Assembly: GCA_044237775.1 (NCBI GenBank)
Contig: JBIIEO010000003.1
Coordinates: 34,100 to 98,099 of the forward strand
Source: Ilumatobacteraceae bacterium
GTDB taxonomy: Bacteria > Actinomycetota > Acidimicrobiia > Acidimicrobiales > Ilumatobacteraceae
Length of the DNA stretch: 64,000 nucleotides
Direction of reading: 5' to 3'
Numbering within the stretch: position 1 is the first letter of the stretch; each line of letters starts with the position of its first letter. A program made the translations under genes and the position numbers. The notes beneath the pieces are model-generated. The model was not told the origin of the DNA, did not search any database, and saw nothing but the letters and a program-made list of their open reading frames with translations. Below are positions 57,096 to 64,000 of the stretch, one piece after another.

Positions 57096-58361
57096 ATGAC
57101 CACCGACACCGCGTCGATCGACGAGTTTTCCCAACGCGCCCGCGCCTTCCTCGACGCCCACGCCGAACGCAAGGAAGTCCAACGGACATTCGTGTGGGGC
57201 GAAGGGTCGGACAACGTGGCGATGTTCGAAGAACGTGACCGCGAAATGGAACAGGAAATCGTGCGCCAGGCCAAGGACTGGCAGCGCACGCGTTTTGACA
57301 ACGGATTCGGGTGGATCACCGGCCCCATCGAGTACGGCGGCTCGGGGCTCACGCCCGCTCATGAACGCGCCTATGCCGCAGTTGAACGCGAGTACCGCAC
57401 GCCCAGCCTCGGCGTGTTTCAAATCGGTCTCGGTATGGTCGCCCCGACGATCCTCGCCCACGCCACGCCTGCCGCACGCGAGCGCTACCTGCGACCAATG
57501 TGGCGCGCCGACATCGTGGGCTGTCAGCTGTTTTCCGAACCAGGCGCAGGAAGTGACCTCGCATCGCTGCAGGCCAAAGCCGAGCGCGATGGTGACGAGT
57601 GGGTTATCACCGGCCAGAAAGTGTGGACATCGGGCGCACAGTTCAGCGACATCGGCGAGATCGTCTGCCGCACCGACCCAGGCCTACCCAAGCACAAGGG
57701 CCTCACCGCATTCATCGTCGACATGCACGCCCCTGGTGTTGAAATTCGTCCGCTTCGCCAGATGACGGGTGGCGCCAGCTTCAACGAGGTGTTCTTCAAC
57801 GAGGTACGCGTTCCCGCCGACCACATACTCGGTGAAGAAAACCAGGGCTGGACGGTGGCGTTGACAACGTTGATGAACGAACGCGCCTCGATCGGCTCGA
57901 TGGGCAGCGGCGAGACGTCGATGTTCGTGCGGCTCCTCGGCATGATTCGCCACTTCGGGGTCGACGACGACGCAATCGTGCGCGACATGCTCGCCGACCT
58001 CTACATCAATTCAAAGATTGCGGGCTTCACCTCGCAACGGGCGATGGACAAGATCCGTGCTGGTCAAACGCCAGGTCCCGAGATGTCGATCGGCAAGATG
58101 GCGCTTGTCAACAACCAGAAGCGCATGAACGACCTCGTGGCGCACGTGCTGGGCGCAAAGTTGCAAGCCGACACCGGCGAATGGGGCACGTATGCGTGGA
58201 GTCAGTTGCTCCTCGGCGCACCGGGCATGCGCATTGCAGGCGGCAGCGACGAAGTCATGCGCAACATTGTCAGCGAACGCGTGCTGGGCATGCCCAAGGA
58301 CGTCGGCATTGATTCCAAGTCGCCGTTCCGCGATATCCAAGTGGGAACGCTGAAGAGTTAG
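57096..58361 (+). CDS. Acyl-CoA dehydrogenase
   Basis: 421 aa. CQLFSEPGAGSDLASL...A.RDGDEWVI.G.K.W.SGA, GGSDEVMRNI. Confidence 0.9.
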   Translation: MTTDTASIDEFSQRARAFLDAHAERKEVQRTFVWGEGSDNVAMFEERDREMEQEIVRQAKDWQRTRFDNGFGWITGPIEYGGSGLTPAHERAYAAVEREYRTPSLGVFQIGLGMVAPTILAHATPAARERYLRPMWRADIVGCQLFSEPGAGSDLASLQAKAERDGDEWVITGQKVWTSGAQFSDIGEIVCRTDPGLPKHKGLTAFIVDMHAPGVEIRPLRQMTGGASFNEVFFNEVRVPADHILGEENQGWTVALTTLMNERASIGSMGSGETSMFVRLLGMIRHFGVDDDAIVRDMLADLYINSKIAGFTSQRAMDKIRAGQTPGPEMSIGKMALVNNQKRMNDLVAHVLGAKLQADTGEWGTYAWSQLLLGAPGMRIAGGSDEVMRNIVSERVLGMPKDVGIDSKSPFRDIQVGTLKS

Positions 58362-58365
58362 TGAC

Positions 58366-59088
58366 TCAGCGGCGCGGGCGCGCCAGTTGCATCTCGCGAC
58401 GTAACGCCACGCGCAGCACGCACCGCACCATGTGCAACGCCGAGGCGAAAGCGCCTGCGGACGCCACGCCGGTGGTGCGATTTGCGAATGGTGCCGGAAT
58501 CTCGACAACGGTGTAGCCCGCTCGTCCCGCAGCAACTAACACCTCGTAGGTGTCGCTGAGGTATGCCGAAGGCAACTTCTCTGCCAACTCACCCAGCAGC
58601 GGCTGCCGGATAAGACGAAAACCCGAGGTCGGGTCAGTGATTGGCGTGCTACAGGCACGCGATGCACTCCATGCCAACAGGCGGGATGCCGAACGCCGCA
58701 CCGCTCCCATCGTCATCGTGTTCGCGGTTGACCGAAATCGACTTCCTACGACCACGTCCACGCCACCCGATGCGGCAATCAGCGCGGGAATTTCTGCCAC
58801 CGGATGCTGCCCATCAGCATCGCACTGCACGATCACTTCGTAGCCCCGCTCGACCGCCGCAGCAAAGGCAGTGCGAATTGCTACACCAACGCCCGAGTTG
58901 CTGTTCAGGCTTACCACTTCTGCCCCAGCAGCAGCTGCCCGTGTCCGCGTGTGGTCAGTCGAACCATCATCGACCACGAGAACACGGAAGCCAGCTATCG
59001 CAATCTGTTCGATGACCTCGGCTATCGCATCCTGTTCGTTGTATGCCGGCACCACGACGAGCACGTTCGTGGCCGGGGCTGCATTCAC
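58366..59088 (-). CDS. Family-2 glycosyltransferase, polyprenol-phosphate sugar synthase-like (GtrB/DPM1-like)
   Basis: VLVVVPAYNE, VVDDGSTD, QCDADGQH, DPTSGFR. 240 aa, GTG start. Confidence 0.8.
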   Translation of the reverse strand: MNAAPATNVLVVVPAYNEQDAIAEVIEQIAIAGFRVLVVDDGSTDHTRTRAAAAGAEVVSLNSNSGVGVAIRTAFAAAVERGYEVIVQCDADGQHPVAEIPALIAASGGVDVVVGSRFRSTANTMTMGAVRRSASRLLAWSASRACSTPITDPTSGFRLIRQPLLGELAEKLPSAYLSDTYEVLVAAGRAGYTVVEIPAPFANRTTGVASAGAFASALHMVRCVLRVALRREMQLARPRR

Positions 59089-59102
59089 CGCAACATTGTG
59101 TC

Positions 59103-60014
59103 ATGGCTACTGTTAATCGCCAGATGACTCCCCGAATCCACTTCCTCGTGCCGTTCAAATCCAACGTCGCGTTTCTGCACGAGACGCTGTCGTCGATCCT
59201 CGCCCAGTCCCTCTCGGACTGGACCGCCACGGTGTTCGACGATTCGGCGAATCCTGCCGAGGTGGACGAACTCGTAACACGTGTGGGCGACGCGCGAATC
59301 ATGGCGATACACAACGCCACGCCACGTGGCATCGGGGGTAACTGGAATGCCGCGCTGGGCGCCACTAATGCCGAGTTTGCCGCCCTCGTGCACGCCGACG
59401 ACGTGCTTGCCCCCTCATATAGCAAGGCAGTGCTCTCACTGCACGAACACTTCCCCGACTCCTATGGCGTGTTCACTGGGGTGCGCATCATCGATGCATC
59501 GGGTGCACGCAAACGGTTCTCGGCGCCAGATGTCGCCAAGAAAATCCTCCACCCACTCCTACCCGAACCATGCGTGGTTGCAGGTGATGCAGGACTGCGT
59601 TCACTCCTACGCGGCGACTTCATTTTCTGCCCTACCGTGACGTATCGCGTCAACCGGTTACGACAACCCGTGTTCGACGAATCACTCCGCATGACGCTCG
59701 ACCTGCAGTCGTTCGCCGATGCAATTCTGCGCGGCGAACAATTCGTTGGCACCAAAACCGCGCACTATTACTACCGTCGCCATGCCGCCAGCACGACCAG
59801 CACGCTGAACGCCGACGCATCACGCTTCGATGAAGAGCTCAGCACCTACCGACGCATCGCCGACACCGCCGCCCGAACGGGATTTGAACGCAGTGCCCGC
59901 ACCGGCCGACGTGCGGCCGTCGTCAAGGGCCACCTCCTCTATTCGGTACTCGCCAGCGTGGTACGCGGCAACATTTCCCATGGGCGCCGGTATGCGGCGA
60001 TGCTCCGATCATGA
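59103..60014 (+). CDS. Family-2 glycosyltransferase
   Basis: From ATG 59103: IHFLVPFKSN..FL.ETL.SIL.QS..DW...V.DDS, HADD. 4-nt overlap with the downstream DUF2142-like gene. Confidence 0.7.
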   Translation: MATVNRQMTPRIHFLVPFKSNVAFLHETLSSILAQSLSDWTATVFDDSANPAEVDELVTRVGDARIMAIHNATPRGIGGNWNAALGATNAEFAALVHADDVLAPSYSKAVLSLHEHFPDSYGVFTGVRIIDASGARKRFSAPDVAKKILHPLLPEPCVVAGDAGLRSLLRGDFIFCPTVTYRVNRLRQPVFDESLRMTLDLQSFADAILRGEQFVGTKTAHYYYRRHAASTTSTLNADASRFDEELSTYRRIADTAARTGFERSARTGRRAAVVKGHLLYSVLASVVRGNISHGRRYAAMLRS

Positions 60015-61522
60015 AGACGCGACTCATGCGCATTGCCGTTGCACTCGGGGCGGCAACGTTTTCCTCACTCGCCTTGTGGACGTGGAGCATCAGTTCGCCC
60101 GTGGGTTCGTCGCCCGACGAAGGGTTCCACCTAGTGAGCATGTGGTGTGGACCCGACGAACTGATCGTCGACTGCAAGGAAGATGTCAACAACCCGCCCA
60201 ACTATCTCGTACCCGGCATGATGGCCGAGCCGTGGGTGTGCTTCTATGGCCGCGCCGAGCAAAGTGCCGGCTGCCAAGCCGACAACACCGCTGGCCTTCG
60301 CCTGAGTACCACCAAGTACAACACCACCGAATATCCGCCTTACTACTACAACGTCGCACGAAACTTCGTCTCTGAAGACATCGAGTCGAGCGTGCTCGAC
60401 ATTCGCACGCTTAACATCGCCGTCGGCGTAATCCTCATGTCGCTTGCGCTTGCGCTCCATGCCCGGCGCAGTTGGACTACGGCCATGTTGCTGCTCGCCC
60501 TCGCCGTGCCTTTGGCGCTGTTCTTCGTCGCCTCAGTGAATCCCACCGGCCTCGCGATGAGCGGCGTTGCGGCGTTCTCTCTGTCGGCATCGGCACTTGT
60601 TCGCCGACCATCGTCGCTGCGCACGTTTTGGGCCCCCACTGCCGTGTTTGTCCTGGCATCGATGCTGTCGCTCGGCTCTCGCCGCGATGCAGTGGCCTAC
60701 TGCGCGCTTGTCGGCGCAGCCGTGCTCGCGCTCGACGCAATTGATCGATTCGAGCGTGGCACATCGAAGCGGTCATTCCTCCGTGCCTTCATCTCGCGCC
60801 CTTCCACAATCATCATCAGCGGTGGGTCGATTCTCCTCGGTCTGTCATTCCTTGCTTCTGGCATCGGCAGCGTGGTCACCACGGGCCTCGACGGCGACAT
60901 CGCGGATCGCGAGCCACTTACCGTGTTCATCACCAACATCGTCGAACTACCCACATTCATCGGCGGATTCTTCTCTGGGCCCGGCTGGGGATTGGGATGG
61001 CTCGATACGCCCATGCCCCTCGTCGTGCCCCTCGGTGCCATCGTCGCCACACTCCTGCTGTTTGCGCCACTCATTGGTGCGTCAACCAGAGCAGAGCAAA
61101 CTGTCTTCGTCCTCGCGCTCGTCATCATCGCGGCATTGACATTGACCGCGCTGCAAGCCGATCTCCGCTACGTGGGCGAGACCGTCCAACCGCGCTACCT
61201 GTATCCGTTGTTTCTTGGCGCAACACTGCTCGTCGCCACGCGATCGCCGGCCCATCTGCGCACGACCACGCTCGTGACGGCAGGCATCGCAGTTTCCGTT
61301 GCACATTCCGTGGCGCTACGTACGAACGTCCGCCGCTACACGACCGGACTCGACGTTCGCTCGTGGCGCCTCGACGATCCGCTTGAGTGGTGGTGGTCGT
61401 CAGGACCGACACCCACTGCGACGTGGCTCGCGGGTTCAGTTGCCTTTAGTGCGGCCTTCGCGCTCTGCGCGCTCGGGACTCGCCTGTTCGATCCGCGGCC
61501 GGCTAGCGGCGTGGACGTTTGA
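60011..61522 (+). CDS. DUF2142-like polytopic membrane protein (putative GT-C-type glycosyltransferase)
   Basis: 503 aa. N-terminal SSPDEGFHL motif after TM1, a Cys-containing loop, YPPYYY, then more than 10 TM helices. Typical partner of GT2 pairs. Confidence 0.65.
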   Translation: MKTRLMRIAVALGAATFSSLALWTWSISSPVGSSPDEGFHLVSMWCGPDELIVDCKEDVNNPPNYLVPGMMAEPWVCFYGRAEQSAGCQADNTAGLRLSTTKYNTTEYPPYYYNVARNFVSEDIESSVLDIRTLNIAVGVILMSLALALHARRSWTTAMLLLALAVPLALFFVASVNPTGLAMSGVAAFSLSASALVRRPSSLRTFWAPTAVFVLASMLSLGSRRDAVAYCALVGAAVLALDAIDRFERGTSKRSFLRAFISRPSTIIISGGSILLGLSFLASGIGSVVTTGLDGDIADREPLTVFITNIVELPTFIGGFFSGPGWGLGWLDTPMPLVVPLGAIVATLLLFAPLIGASTRAEQTVFVLALVIIAALTLTALQADLRYVGETVQPRYLYPLFLGATLLVATRSPAHLRTTTLVTAGIAVSVAHSVALRTNVRRYTTGLDVRSWRLDDPLEWWWSSGPTPTATWLAGSVAFSAAFALCALGTRLFDPRPASGVDV

Positions 61523-62969
61523 AGTTGAGCGCAGCGTCGATGAGCAAGCGCGTGCCATAGGCGGTCGCGCCGCGCTGCAACCAGCCCGAGTCGCTGTTTG
61601 TCCACATCGGGCCGGCGATATCGATATGCGCCCACGGCGTGTCGCCAACGAATTCGTCGAGGAACAACGCGGCGGTGATCGCTCCGGCCTCACCGCCCAC
61701 GTTCTTCATGTCGGCGATGTATGAGTCGATCGCGGGACGGTAGTCACGCTCGAGAGGCAACTGCCACAGCTTCTCATCGGTGCGCGACGACGCCTCCAAC
61801 AATTGGTCAACCAGCTTTTGGTTGTTCCCAATGACGCCGGCCATGCCGTCGCCCAGCGCGCGCGCCATCGCACCCGTCAACGTGGCGATGTCGACAATCG
61901 CATCTGGCTTCTGCTCTGCGGCAAGCGACAATCCATCGGCAAGGATCAGACGGCCCTCAGCATCGGTGTTATGAATTTCGACAGTCTTACCGTTGCGAAT
62001 CGTGAGCACGTCGCCAAGGGCGAGTGCGCTTCCCGACGGCAGGTTGTCCGTGCACATCAAGTAAGCGGTCACCTGGTTTGCACAGCCGAGCGCCTTCAGC
62101 GTGCTCATCGTGGCCAACACCGCGGCTGCGCCGCTCATGTCGCCCTTCATCATTGCATGCGATGCATCTGACGGCTTGAGCGAGATACCGCCCGAGTCGT
62201 ACATGACGCCCTTGCCCACGAACACGACATGTGGCTTGGCCGCCTTGCCCTTCGCCGCACCCGACGGCTTGTAGGTGAGACGCACCATGCGCGGCGGCTC
62301 GACGCTGCCGCGATTGACGCCAACGATGCCGCCACAACCCATGGCAAGTAGTTGGTCTTTGTTGAATACCTCGACCTTGAGTCCGCTGTCGGCGCCGATA
62401 GCCACCGCTTTGTCGGCAAAGATGCGCGCGGTCAGGTGCGCGGGTGGCATGTTGGCGAAATCGCGGGCCATGTTCGTCGCGCGGGCGATGGTCTCGCCGC
62501 GCTTTACTCCGGCCGATACCGCAGTGCCGCCCTGCCCAACCAGCGTGATGAGTTCGAGTTTCGGTGCGCTCTTATCGACCGTCTTCAATTCGGTGAAACG
62601 ATGCGTGGCAAGCAAAAGGCCTTCAACAACGGCCTGCGCAGCTTCGCGACGATCGAGGCGCCCAACACTGGCGAGCGACGTGGCAAGCGATGCACGGCTG
62701 GATGCCGCGCGAGCGAGTGCGGCTGCCGACTTACGCAGCGACGATGCGCTCACCTTTGCCGCCTCGCCAATGCCGACGAGGATCGTGACGGTGCCAGATG
62801 CCGATGGCACCACGGTGGCCTGACCCACCTTGCCGGTGAACCCGAGCGACTCGAGTGCCGCACGCGTCATACCGGCCTCCTTGGGCACCGCGCCGTCGAC
62901 TGATACGGGAATGCCGACGGCGGCTACCGATGCTGGGGCTTTAGCGGCGAGTGCAAACTTCAGGGCCAT
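61503..62969 (-). CDS. pepA: Leucyl aminopeptidase (M17)
   Basis: VGKGV.YDSGG.SLKP, NTDAEGRL.LAD, DIATLTGA. ATG 62969 with a GGAGGA Shine-Dalgarno. Its 3' end overlaps the convergent DUF2142-like gene by 20 nt. Confidence 0.9.
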   Translation of the reverse strand: MALKFALAAKAPASVAAVGIPVSVDGAVPKEAGMTRAALESLGFTGKVGQATVVPSASGTVTILVGIGEAAKVSASSLRKSAAALARAASSRASLATSLASVGRLDRREAAQAVVEGLLLATHRFTELKTVDKSAPKLELITLVGQGGTAVSAGVKRGETIARATNMARDFANMPPAHLTARIFADKAVAIGADSGLKVEVFNKDQLLAMGCGGIVGVNRGSVEPPRMVRLTYKPSGAAKGKAAKPHVVFVGKGVMYDSGGISLKPSDASHAMMKGDMSGAAAVLATMSTLKALGCANQVTAYLMCTDNLPSGSALALGDVLTIRNGKTVEIHNTDAEGRLILADGLSLAAEQKPDAIVDIATLTGAMARALGDGMAGVIGNNQKLVDQLLEASSRTDEKLWQLPLERDYRPAIDSYIADMKNVGGEAGAITAALFLDEFVGDTPWAHIDIAGPMWTNSDSGWLQRGATAYGTRLLIDAALNFKRPRR

Positions 62970-63026
62970 GACGTATTCCTCCACACGTGTTGAAGCCGAA
63001 CGTATCGGCGACAAAAGTATGCCCGA

Positions 63027-63575
63027 TTACTTGACGTTCTTGACGACTAGCGACTCACCCTCTTGCCAGCGTGCCAGTGTCCACAACAAGTCAGACAGAC
63101 GATTCAAGTAGGGACACGCCTGCGACGGCGGTGGCGCAGCGGCCAGTGAGTGCCGCTCGGCGCGGCGCGCCACGGTGCGCCCGACGTCGAGCAACGCCGA
63201 CACTTTGTTCTGCCCGGGCACCACGAAATCGGTCGGTGGCTCGAAACGTTCATCGAGCGAGTCGATCAAGTGTTCAAGCTTTTCCACCATCGAGGCAGTC
63301 ACACGCGTCTTGTCGTCGACCAACTTTTGGCGATTCTCCGGCAGCGTGGCGAGTTCGGCCATCAACACCCACAGGTCGCGACAAATGTGCACGAGTATGT
63401 CGTCGAGTTCGGTTCCGGCGCCGGCTTCTGCGCGCACCAGACCGAGAATTGCCTGCGCCTCGTCGACCGCGCCATACGCACGCGGCAACGCGCTGTCTTT
63501 GGCGACGCGCCCGCCATAGAAGAGGCCCGTCGTGCCGTCGTCGCCAACCCTCGTGTACACCTTTTCGCGAGCCAT
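63027..63575 (-). CDS. pduO: ATP:cob(I)alamin adenosyltransferase, PduO type
   Basis: VYTRVGDDGTTGL..G.RV.KD......YG.VDE...., DLW.LMAELA, F..PG.......LD..RTV.RRAER. Confidence 0.9.
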   Translation of the reverse strand: MAREKVYTRVGDDGTTGLFYGGRVAKDSALPRAYGAVDEAQAILGLVRAEAGAGTELDDILVHICRDLWVLMAELATLPENRQKLVDDKTRVTASMVEKLEHLIDSLDERFEPPTDFVVPGQNKVSALLDVGRTVARRAERHSLAAAPPPSQACPYLNRLSDLLWTLARWQEGESLVVKNVK

Positions 63576-63609
63576 GTGAGGCCAGACGCTACTCGTTTAA
63601 CCTTGGGCA

Positions 63610-64000
63610 ATGCCTGACGAAGCGGCACCAATTATTGATTTGTCGGCTTTCGAATCAGGTTCATCGGATGTTCGTCATCACATTGGCGTAGCAGTCGACG
63701 ACATCTGTCGGAGCACCGGATTCATCACGCTTTCTGGCCACGGCGTGGACGCCGACGTGCGTGTGCACATGTGGGATGCGGTGCAACGATTCTTTGATTT
63801 GCCGGTCGCATATAAGACGACGTCGTCGGTGCGCCCTGGTTATCCCTACGGTTACATGGGCAATGAGGCCGAATCGCTCGCCGGTTCGCGTGGCGACGCA
63901 ACGCCCCCCGACATCAAGGAGACCTTTAACGCCGGCCCGCTGCGCGCGCCTGACGACATTGTGGATCCCGACGCGCTGGCCTTTTGCTACGCCCCCACTC
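63610..64000 (+). CDS. 2OG-Fe(II) oxygenase-family protein (N-terminal part; 3' end beyond the window)
   Basis: Open-ended frame translated by hand from ATG 63610: MPDEAAPIIDLSAFESGSSDVRHHIGVAVDDICRSTGFITLSGHGVDADVRVHMWDAVQRFFDLPVAYK..., the DIOX_N pattern of isopenicillin-N-synthase-like oxygenases. Confidence 0.7.
   Translation, partial: MPDEAAPIIDLSAFESGSSDVRHHIGVAVDDICRSTGFITLSGHGVDADVRVHMWDAVQRFFDLPVAYKTTSSVRPGYPYGYMGNEAESLAGSRGDATPPDIKETFNAGPLRAPDDIVDPDALAFCYAPT

Noticed and set aside
1-64000. Screen for CRISPR arrays, tRNA/rRNA genes, transposases/integrases, prophage or toxin-antitoxin/defence gene signatures.
   Set aside because: No spaced direct repeats, no cloverleaf-sized conserved intergenic segments (the largest gaps are under 200 nt) and no recombinase-like ORFs were seen. 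The window looks like core chromosome plus envelope-glycan loci rather than a mobile or defence island.

Overview
High-GC, gene-dense chromosomal window (about 65 CDS, mostly on the minus strand). Many 1-4 nt start/stop overlaps point to long, translationally coupled operons. DUF3499, DUF3039, a DUF5719-like protein, F420 genes cofD/cofE, Stf0, trHbO and an imuA'-imuB-dnaE2 mutasome indicate Actinomycetota, possibly Acidimicrobiia-like; that placement is a low-confidence guess. All family calls come from reading the translations by eye, with no database search.

Gene content, left to right:
- hisI-G-D-C-B histidine operon.
- A six-gene catabolic-looking operon around a gamma-butyrobetaine-hydroxylase-like dioxygenase.
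- stf0, menB and a TrmH-family methyltransferase gene.
- prfB-ftsE-ftsX with an enoyl-CoA hydratase and trHbO appended, then secA, comF and ahcY.
- A large cell-envelope glycan region: manB, a GT-C-like giant membrane protein, a GT2-membrane fusion, a DUF5719-like protein, a methyltransferase, a flippase, gmd, fcl, manC and three GT4 genes, with cofD/cofE embedded.
- A rhomboid protease gene.
- The SOS mutasome dnaE2 / NUDIX / imuB / imuA' with two identical LexA boxes.
- A CarH/LitR-type B12 regulator.
- A GT2/GT2/DUF2142 cluster, pepA and a PduO-type adenosyltransferase.

No rRNA, tRNA, CRISPR array or mobile element was seen.

Most notable unannotated signal: a 20-codon mini-ORF with 8 His codons (MFFAHHAHHHVHHVTRRAHQ) sits just upstream of hisI. 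It is followed by mutually exclusive antiterminator and terminator hairpins, the layout of a classical leader-peptide attenuator. It appears to be transcribed from a promoter that would give a leaderless mRNA.
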